Part shown: one piece after another, positions 56,441 through 63,170 of the stretch
Position numbering within the stretch: the first letter of the stretch is position 1
How the letters are laid out: every line of letters starts with the position of its first letter
IMG/VR virus record: IMGVR_UViG_3300042400_001601
DNA length: 63,170 nt
Reading direction: 5' to 3' (one strand)
Source: an uncultured virus (IMG/VR IMGVR_UViG_3300042400_001601)
Taxonomy: Duplodnaviria > Heunggongvirae > Uroviricota > Caudoviricetes
Made by a program: the position numbers and the translations under genes
Notes under the pieces: model-generated
Told to the model about the DNA's origin: nothing
Databases searched by the model: none
Seen by the model: the letters and a program-made list of their open reading frames with translations, nothing else

Positions 56441-57496
56441 ATGAAGCTAAAAGATTTATCTAGTCTAGGAGAAATTTATTCCGGTATTGCAAGTAATAGT
56501 AAACCTGTGGAGAGTATAATAGAACAAAGACAGGAAATTCTTTTAACAGATGCAACTCAGTATCTTCCAGAGAATAAACAAGTAAAGCCAGGATCTGCTT
56601 TAGGCGGCGGCCCTGGTGCAAAAGGAGATGAAGTACATTTAGCTAAAAAGACTGGCCCTGAAGGATTAAAGGGAAATCAATTTGAAAAGGTTTCAAAAAA
56701 ACAAGATCCAGGTACAGATAAGAGCAAAATGAAAAAAGAAGAAGGAGAAGAGACTGCTGAAACTTCTGAAGACACAGACAAAAAAGAAGATTCAAAAGAA
56801 AACGTACACGAGGATGATGCAGCAAAAAATACTACTCCTAAAGAAAAAGTACGGGAATCTGCAGGGGAGAATAATAAATATAATTACAAACCAAAATTTA
56901 CTATGTCAAAATTAAAATTCGACCAATTGTACGAAGACGCTATTAAGCGTATTCCTTTCACAGAAGACGCAGATGCTGATATGGGTGCAGATGCCGGTGT
57001 TCCACCAGCTGACGACGTAGCAGCGGATGCCGATACCGGAGACGATATGGGTGGGGAAGAAACATCCGAAGTAACAATTACTCTTGACCGTGAAACCGCG
57101 CAGAAACTACACGACCTATTAATGGCTCAACTCGGTGGCGGTGATGAAGCTGGTGGCCAAGATGATATGATGGGCGGAGATGAGCCAGCTGATGCCGGTG
57201 GAATGGAAAATATGGGCGAAGAAGGCGGCGATCCTCCGATTGAAGAAGAAGTAGAAGCTCAAGATCTCGGCCATGCTGGTGTAGGTTCTGGTGCTAAGTC
57301 AGAACAGCTTCATGATAAAGCCAAGATGAAGACAGTAAGTGACCTTAAAGTTGTTAAGGGTACAGCCGATAAGGGCACCTTTAAAAATGAACCACAGCCA
57401 AAAGAAGAAAAGGGCAATAACGCTTCTCTTCAGGGCAAGAGCAATAAGGTAGGTTCAGGTACAGTTGCAACTACCGGTAAGAAAGCTTTCGAATAA
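56441..57496 (+). CDS. Acidic, largely disordered protein (possible head-internal/scaffold-like)
   Basis: 351 aa, D/E/G-rich; late motif upstream; terminator downstream. Confidence 0.7.
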   Translation: MKLKDLSSLGEIYSGIASNSKPVESIIEQRQEILLTDATQYLPENKQVKPGSALGGGPGAKGDEVHLAKKTGPEGLKGNQFEKVSKKQDPGTDKSKMKKEEGEETAETSEDTDKKEDSKENVHEDDAAKNTTPKEKVRESAGENNKYNYKPKFTMSKLKFDQLYEDAIKRIPFTEDADADMGADAGVPPADDVAADADTGDDMGGEETSEVTITLDRETAQKLHDLLMAQLGGGDEAGGQDDMMGGDEPADAGGMENMGEEGGDPPIEEEVEAQDLGHAGVGSGAKSEQLHDKAKMKTVSDLKVVKGTADKGTFKNEPQPKEEKGNNASLQGKSNKVGSGTVATTGKKAFE

Positions 57497-57518
57497 GACA
57501 TAGTAAGCTTTTAGAATT

Positions 57519-57547
57519 AAACCCGTTGAGCAATCAACGGGTTTTTT
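57519..57547 (+). terminator. Rho-independent terminator, possibly bidirectional
   Basis: AAACCCGTTGA-GCAA-TCAACGGGTTT-TTT between convergent genes. Confidence 0.88.
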
Positions 57548-57549
57548 AT

Positions 57550-59322
57550 TTATTGAATAAAGCCGTAAGAAGGTCCGCTAGAACTATTAATACCTAACGG
57601 CCGCCAACCTTGCCCGATTAACTCATCAAGGTCGCCTGTTGTCTTACTACTACCACCTATAAAAGCAGGATTGCGGGTAGTGCCTTGATTGTCTTGTTTG
57701 CCTTTTGCAAATCTATTATAAAGCTCTTCTTGTTTAGGTATTCTAGTCTCAGACACTTCATACGGGTCCCAGTTTAAAGGTAAAATTTTAAGAGGTTTAC
57801 CGTTAGTGTCTTTTTCCAATACCTCGTAAAATTGTTCTATAACTTTACCGTCTAATACAAATAAAGCCCAAATTAATGCTTCTACTCTATCATCCAAATA
57901 ACGATCTGATTGCTTTTTCCATACCCCGTTAGGTTGACGAACATAAGTTTTAAACTCATTAATAGTTTTCTTGTCGTAAATTTTAAGCGTACGAAGAGTA
58001 CTCATCCAGTAACGCAAATTAGACATACCGTTAAATTTACTATTAGTGTGAGAGTATATTCCCAGGCGAGAATCTTTTTCTACCTTGTCAGTATAGGTGC
58101 CCATACTAGGGGTATATTTTACAATAGATTCATAATTGTGGGTATGTACTAAAGCATCAACAACTTGCGCACCACAATTATTACGTTCAATTAATAATGG
58201 TGGACGTCCCCATTCATGAGCAATTTCTACTAGACGACCGGCAAAATTAAACGGGTCTAGTTTATTATTAGCATATACAGCTACTTGTTCTATATTAATT
58301 AAATCGGTTATATCAAGTACTTGTATAGTAGAATTGGCACGGCTTATGCCCTCCCCTACGTCAACCCCTATAGCGTAAAAATGTTTTTCCTGTCTTGGTT
58401 TCCAAATTTGATAGCATCCGTCTTCGCTTTCTAATATTGGATCTGGAGCTGACTTTTCAAACTCTTCCATTTGATCTTTATCAAGAGCATTTTCTCCTGC
58501 AGCTCTAAATTCGTTTCCATATTCTTGATTAAATGCATCTACAGAACCGAGAGCCTTAACAGTCATTTCTTTCCATTTTTCGTCTCTACCAGGCACTTCC
58601 CACCAGTCAACTCTTTCATTATGCCAACCGTTACTATTATCTAAAGAATCGGTATAAATGTTATAAAACAGATTACCCACCCCATTTGGGGTTGAAAGCA
58701 TAAAGATTTTAGATTTTTTCGAAGATGTAATGACCGGGAATACCGACTCCCAGAAATCGTTCATAAATTCTGCAGGAATGAATGCAGCTTCGTCAATAAG
58801 AAGACAATTAATAGATTCACCTCTAGCTGCGTCAGAGGTGGTGGTACTAATACCAATTGAACTACCATTAGCTAGTTCCATACCTTCTTTAGCATAGTTA
58901 ACAACACCCGGCTTTAAAAAGTTAGGCAACATTTCATATGCTAATCGAATACGTTTAAATATATTCTTTGCGGTACCTTCTTTATTTGCTATTAATAGCA
59001 CTCTATAATCATCATTAAAGCAAATCATCCAGAGAGCAAATATAGTAAGAATAGTAGTTTTACCAATTTGTCTAGAAGCTAATACTACGTTAAATCTATT
59101 TTCTACTAGAGCTTTTAATATGCGTTTTTGATACGGATAAAGTTTAATAGGCTGTTTACCTTCATCTAGATTAACTATATAAAAGAAGCGAGAGAAATGT
59201 AAGATAGATTTTCTAGCTCTTTCTAGATCTTCTACCATTTCTGGAGTCCACTCAAATTGAGTTTCCGGTACTGGCAGATTCTTATTACCTAGATAAAAAG
59301 TTTGCTCTTTAGGTTTTGGCAT
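57550..59322 (-). CDS. terL: Terminase large subunit (T4 gp17-like)
   Basis: LYPYQ, SRQIGKTT Walker A, LLIDEAAF Walker B, STPNG, GVDVGEG, IERN, DDRV. Confidence 0.96.
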   Translation of the reverse strand: MPKPKEQTFYLGNKNLPVPETQFEWTPEMVEDLERARKSILHFSRFFYIVNLDEGKQPIKLYPYQKRILKALVENRFNVVLASRQIGKTTILTIFALWMICFNDDYRVLLIANKEGTAKNIFKRIRLAYEMLPNFLKPGVVNYAKEGMELANGSSIGISTTTSDAARGESINCLLIDEAAFIPAEFMNDFWESVFPVITSSKKSKIFMLSTPNGVGNLFYNIYTDSLDNSNGWHNERVDWWEVPGRDEKWKEMTVKALGSVDAFNQEYGNEFRAAGENALDKDQMEEFEKSAPDPILESEDGCYQIWKPRQEKHFYAIGVDVGEGISRANSTIQVLDITDLINIEQVAVYANNKLDPFNFAGRLVEIAHEWGRPPLLIERNNCGAQVVDALVHTHNYESIVKYTPSMGTYTDKVEKDSRLGIYSHTNSKFNGMSNLRYWMSTLRTLKIYDKKTINEFKTYVRQPNGVWKKQSDRYLDDRVEALIWALFVLDGKVIEQFYEVLEKDTNGKPLKILPLNWDPYEVSETRIPKQEELYNRFAKGKQDNQGTTRNPAFIGGSSKTTGDLDELIGQGWRPLGINSSSGPSYGFIQ

Positions 59323-59371
59323 CTTTGTATACTTACAATTGATTAAATAATATAAACTATTAAATCATAAT

Positions 59372-60028
59372 ATGCTCTTTAAACCCAATCGTATTACTCT
59401 GCCCACCATGCCTATGTTGGTAAAACCTATTAAGAATGAGGATTTGCTCTATACCTGTCAAATCACTCAATTCGATAGAGAGGGATATGAGCTGCTTCCG
59501 ATTGAACAAGAGTATTACAAAATTAATGATATTGGGATGCATAATGAAAAAGTCTTTGCCCATGAATCAGGCAATCCAAATGGATGGAGCGCAGCAATAC
59601 AAAGATGGTTTGAACAGGTAGATAGTAATTCTCCTTATGTATTAGATCATTCTTTTTGTGTTGTACGTTACGGGTTTGAAGGGGAAGCTAAAAAACAAAT
59701 ACAAAAAGCTGCTAAAAAGAGACCCGAACTTAGCAAACTATTAAACATTAAACCCAAATGGGGTCATGATTTTTGCGTGGATTACGTTCAGCCTGATTGT
59801 TCCTACGAATTGGTCCACTGGGAATGGGACTATAGAAACTACGACGAGTTTGATTTACACCGCGAATGCCTAGAGGTTATAGTAGAAAAAACTGATTGGG
59901 AAGCAGTACACCGAGCAGTTAAGACATTTCGTATGAGTATGCCTCATGCTGAAGCTGATGTAGAAGGTAATTTTAGAACCAATATGTTTGGTCTACATAA
60001 AGCGTTTAGACTCTTTAAGAGTTTTTAA
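59372..60028 (+). CDS. Hypothetical protein
   Basis: 218-aa ORF; FDREGYEL, KWG.DF motifs. Confidence 0.7.
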   Translation: MLFKPNRITLPTMPMLVKPIKNEDLLYTCQITQFDREGYELLPIEQEYYKINDIGMHNEKVFAHESGNPNGWSAAIQRWFEQVDSNSPYVLDHSFCVVRYGFEGEAKKQIQKAAKKRPELSKLLNIKPKWGHDFCVDYVQPDCSYELVHWEWDYRNYDEFDLHRECLEVIVEKTDWEAVHRAVKTFRMSMPHAEADVEGNFRTNMFGLHKAFRLFKSF

Positions 60029-61227
60029 AACGTTACCATAAAGGCATTACCACGAGCATCCTGAAAGTTAGGCGTTGCGGCATAAGTTAACCCGCCTGGA
60101 GTATCAATACTGTTTAGCGCTTCTTCGTAGGTCTTAAAAAATAACTCTCCGTCTTTATATACAGCAAAGTATGTAAAGCTTTCTATACTGTGATAGTACA
60201 TAAAGCATAGCTTAAACAGACCCACAGTTAATTGTTCTTTAAGTGGTAAACCTAGGCGATCAAATGCTCCATCAATGGTAGAAGTTATTGCTTCAGGGTT
60301 AAAATCTTTAAGATATATTGATACACTATTAGTGTATGCTCTTACAATTTGTTCTCGTAAATTACGATTAGGATCAGCCTCAATAGCCTGCATTAACATT
60401 TGGGTGAATGTTTTAAAATTTTTATCGTTTAAATTATACCAATATGTTTCTCTAAACCCAGGTGCATTACCTATAATATCGCTAAAGTTTTTTACAAAAG
60501 CTGCTTTAATGTCTCCGTATATATTTTGAGACCCGCTTAAACGACCTGCCGACTGCTCATCGCCGGCGCCTTGCTTTACTTCAATTAGACCTTCAGGTAC
60601 CTGTACATCTCCTTTGACTGGGTGCATACCGTCTTTAAGTAAAAGTATTAATGCTAGTTCTCCCTTACCAGTACCTTTACCACCACCCCCGGGTACTGTC
60701 ATACTAAAAATACTTCTTACTAAATGCTCATGAAGCATAGGAAATAAATTTTCTACTCGTTCAGGTGTTGACATACTAGCTAATTCAGAGGCAGAGATTT
60801 GTTCAGAGCCTCTAATATAATTAACTAAATCGTTGACGTGGTTAGAAGTATTTGCACTCAATATACTCTCTATAGGCATAGCTACGTTCTTAGTGAGTCC
60901 TTTTTTCTTAAAGATATTTTTAAGAATAGGTAAGTGCTTAATGTCTTGTTGTAAGATATTTAGAGCTTTGAGATATGCTATACGAGTGATAGGTCTTTTA
61001 CGCGACTCAATATCAGATAGTAGACCGATTAAATTATTGAGTTCATCTGGAGTAATCTCATCTCCAGCAGGAAGCTCGCTTTCAAATTTTTCCCCTCGAC
61101 CCTTTCTAGCTTCTAAAAAGTCATGCATTCTACTCTTAAAATTTTCAATAACTTGAACCAAATGGTACTGTTCCTTAGCAGTAATTAACGGATTGTTATT
61201 GAGTAGTTTTTTAGGCAGGTAATACAT
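60025..61227 (-). CDS. Hypothetical protein with PD-(D/E)XK-like nuclease motif
   Basis: GKGELAL...KGDVQV...IEVK. Confidence 0.5.
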   Translation of the reverse strand: MYYLPKKLLNNNPLITAKEQYHLVQVIENFKSRMHDFLEARKGRGEKFESELPAGDEITPDELNNLIGLLSDIESRKRPITRIAYLKALNILQQDIKHLPILKNIFKKKGLTKNVAMPIESILSANTSNHVNDLVNYIRGSEQISASELASMSTPERVENLFPMLHEHLVRSIFSMTVPGGGGKGTGKGELALILLLKDGMHPVKGDVQVPEGLIEVKQGAGDEQSAGRLSGSQNIYGDIKAAFVKNFSDIIGNAPGFRETYWYNLNDKNFKTFTQMLMQAIEADPNRNLREQIVRAYTNSVSIYLKDFNPEAITSTIDGAFDRLGLPLKEQLTVGLFKLCFMYYHSIESFTYFAVYKDGELFFKTYEEALNSIDTPGGLTYAATPNFQDARGNAFMVTF

Positions 61228-61286
61228 ATGTTGCGGTATATATCATATTTACTTTTAATTTCAAGTAAAAAAGGTAAATATTACAT

Positions 61287-61718
61287 ATGTCAAAGTTTAA
61301 GTCTCAATTCTATCAAATAATCGAAAAAACTGAAGATTCGGTCTTTACAAAACCTGCTTTTGAATTGTTCAACAAAAAGAACAAATCCGACTACAAATTT
61401 AAGTATTACGGTCTTAAAGAAGGAGAATCATATTACCGCGTTGACATAAAGGTGCAAGATGATTTTAAATTAGTCTTTAGCAAGGCTTTTATCGAAGTTA
61501 GAGTAGATGAACAGAATCATACTGCTATATTCGAAATGGTATGGTTATTAACCGGTATGCATATGGATAGTGCTATTATCGGTAAAATAGTAGAGGAAGA
61601 AGGTAAACTAAGATATGTACCGTTCGATGATAAAGACTTCGAACAAACAGACACCGCCTATCCTAAGGACGGCGGTGCTATTGAAATACCCGGAACAGGT
61701 ATAGCTATTGAGTTGTAA
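61287..61718 (+). CDS. Hypothetical protein
   Basis: TAAATA-N6-ATG, 143 aa. Confidence 0.65.
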   Translation: MSKFKSQFYQIIEKTEDSVFTKPAFELFNKKNKSDYKFKYYGLKEGESYYRVDIKVQDDFKLVFSKAFIEVRVDEQNHTAIFEMVWLLTGMHMDSAIIGKIVEEEGKLRYVPFDDKDFEQTDTAYPKDGGAIEIPGTGIAIEL

Positions 61719-62106
61719 AGTTACCGGGCGCGGTAGGAGCTTCTTCGTCAGTTGGATCCCCAGGAGGGTTTTCGGTTTCACTAAAACCTTGACCTTCAGC
61801 GGTATCCTCGTCATAAGCAGCATACTCATCATGACCGTATTCTGTTCTCATGAAATCGGCCACTGATACTAGATAGTCATCAGCCATAGTTAACTTACTT
61901 TGAGCCCAAGCTTCAAGATTAGCATTCTCTGGAAGCTTTTTCAGAATATCATGAATCGTTTTTGCATTACGCATGATAGATTCTATTTGACTATAGCCCA
62001 TGTTTACTTCATGATCCTCTTCGTCAATACGCGGAGGATTAGGATTAAGCGTGGGCTCAATAGCTTCAAGTAGAGTGACTAATTTATTGAAACTAGTATC
62101 TCTCAT
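61705..62106 (-). CDS. Conserved T4-like phage hypothetical protein (NLEAWAQSKLT..DYL domain)
   Basis: M..SQI..I...A...NLEAW.QSK.T.A.DYL motif; start reset to MRDTS. Confidence 0.7.
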   Translation of the reverse strand: MRDTSFNKLVTLLEAIEPTLNPNPPRIDEEDHEVNMGYSQIESIMRNAKTIHDILKKLPENANLEAWAQSKLTMADDYLVSVADFMRTEYGHDEYAAYDEDTAEGQGFSETENPPGDPTDEEAPTAPGNFTTQ

Positions 62107-62107
62107 A

Positions 62108-62485
62108 TCAGCCTTTCTTTTTCTTAGTTGTAGCGGCCTTCTTTTTAGCTGCTTTCTTTTTAGGAGCTGATACTTCGTCAGCTGCTTCGTCAACTACTGC
62201 AGAGTCAACTACAATAGGAAGTTCTTCTGGTGTGGGATTATTATTTTCTGTTGTCATAGGAGGAAAATCTGGTGATGGGGTTGACTCAATGATTAAGGTT
62301 TCAGAGCCTATATCAACGGTAACCGGAGGTGGAAGAGGAGGGGTCGGTTGCGGAGGGGTAACCGGTAAGTCTGGTGTAACTGAAGGGGTAGGGGCTGAGG
62401 ATGACTTAGTAGAGTTTAAAATATAATAGTGAAAGGCAACAGCCCCTGATACAATTAAAATTACAATAAAGATTGGTGTAAGCAT
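62108..62485 (-). CDS. Membrane-anchored Pro-rich protein with basic tail
   Basis: N-terminal TM helix, Pro/Thr linker, KKKAAKKK tail; TAAGTA-N5-ATG. Confidence 0.65.
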   Translation of the reverse strand: MLTPIFIVILIVSGAVAFHYYILNSTKSSSAPTPSVTPDLPVTPPQPTPPLPPPVTVDIGSETLIIESTPSPDFPPMTTENNNPTPEELPIVVDSAVVDEAADEVSAPKKKAAKKKAATTKKKKG

Positions 62486-62496
62486 ATATATACTTA

Positions 62497-63168
62497 TTAA
62501 ATATCCAAGTTTACATTAGCGTCCTGATCGCCTTTAAGTATAGCGTCTCTTATTGCTCTTGTATATCTAGACTTATCTAATGGGTGGCTATTAAAACGAC
62601 TAGCCCCTTCTTCGCCTACGTAGATGTCTCCTTTAACAACATCCCCAACAGCATAGTAAGTTAATACGCCCTCTGTTATACCCGGGCAATTAGATATCTG
62701 AAGATCCCCTTCAATAACATCTGGTAACCCTTCAAGAGTGTTTAAAGACGAACAATTTTCAATCATTAACATGACCATGTTACGAGGTAAACCGTTAAGG
62801 TTTTTTAAAGCCGGACACCTCATTATAGATAGAGTCCGTATACCGTCTGGGGTGCCGTGTAAAGTAACTAATTCTTCGCAATTGCGAATGGTATTGTTTA
62901 TTGTTTTTGCAAATACACTCGGAAATGAAGAAGAACCAGTAGAAGTAATGTCTGGTTCTACCATATTTGAAGGTAGGCCTGCAAGATTAGTTATTGCTAA
63001 TTCGTCAAGAGCAAAATGAGTTAACTCTATTCTACTAGCTCCTTCTAAACTTCTAAGCTTAGACATATGCTGCAAAAAAAGCGGACCATTGTAAGCTGGT
63101 GCATAGTGTAAAGTCTCTAAGCTATTTATTTGGTACAATCTTAGCACAGCGTTGGCGCCGCCGGGCAC
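62497..63168 (-). CDS. Leucine-rich-repeat-like protein (probably 5'-truncated by the window edge)
   Basis: Repeated L.I.NC..L.TLEGLP units. Confidence 0.65.
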   Translation of the reverse strand: MPGGANAVLRLYQINSLETLHYAPAYNGPLFLQHMSKLRSLEGASRIELTHFALDELAITNLAGLPSNMVEPDITSTGSSSFPSVFAKTINNTIRNCEELVTLHGTPDGIRTLSIMRCPALKNLNGLPRNMVMLMIENCSSLNTLEGLPDVIEGDLQISNCPGITEGVLTYYAVGDVVKGDIYVGEEGASRFNSHPLDKSRYTRAIRDAILKGDQDANVNLDI

Positions 63169-63170
63169 GA

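Noticed and set aside
57550..59322. Intein or intron in terminase
   Set aside because: Length and contiguous motifs fit an uninterrupted gp17

Overview
AT-rich segment of a large T4-like myovirus (jumbo-phage-like) genome. The host is inferred to be Gram-negative, plausibly Verrucomicrobiota/Opitutae, from the PEP-CTERM, Ig-domain and beta-barrel genes. 1-8 kb is a stable-RNA region with 19 tRNAs (including an unusual Ser(ACT) and a long-variable-arm Ile(TAT)), a tmRNA with a 30-aa tag, a pistol self-cleaving ribozyme followed by an unidentified structured RNA, a second unidentified pseudoknotted RNA, and three conserved promoters followed by boxA-like elements. Interleaved with these are bilin genes (heme oxygenase, PcyA/PcyX-like reductase), secreted/surface proteins and methyl/glycosyltransferases. 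8-16 kb holds a porin, guaC and a glycosyltransferase cluster. 16-32.5 kb holds baseplate, tail tube paralogs, sheath and tail completion genes. 32.5-45 kb holds putative head-internal enzymes, a glyco/sulfo-modification cassette and an RCC1 propeller. 45-55 kb is a 3371-aa Gly-X-Ser/Gly-X-Gln collagen-like fibre. 55-63 kb holds the neck protein, terminase large subunit and hypotheticals. All family calls come from motif recognition by eye; no searches were run.
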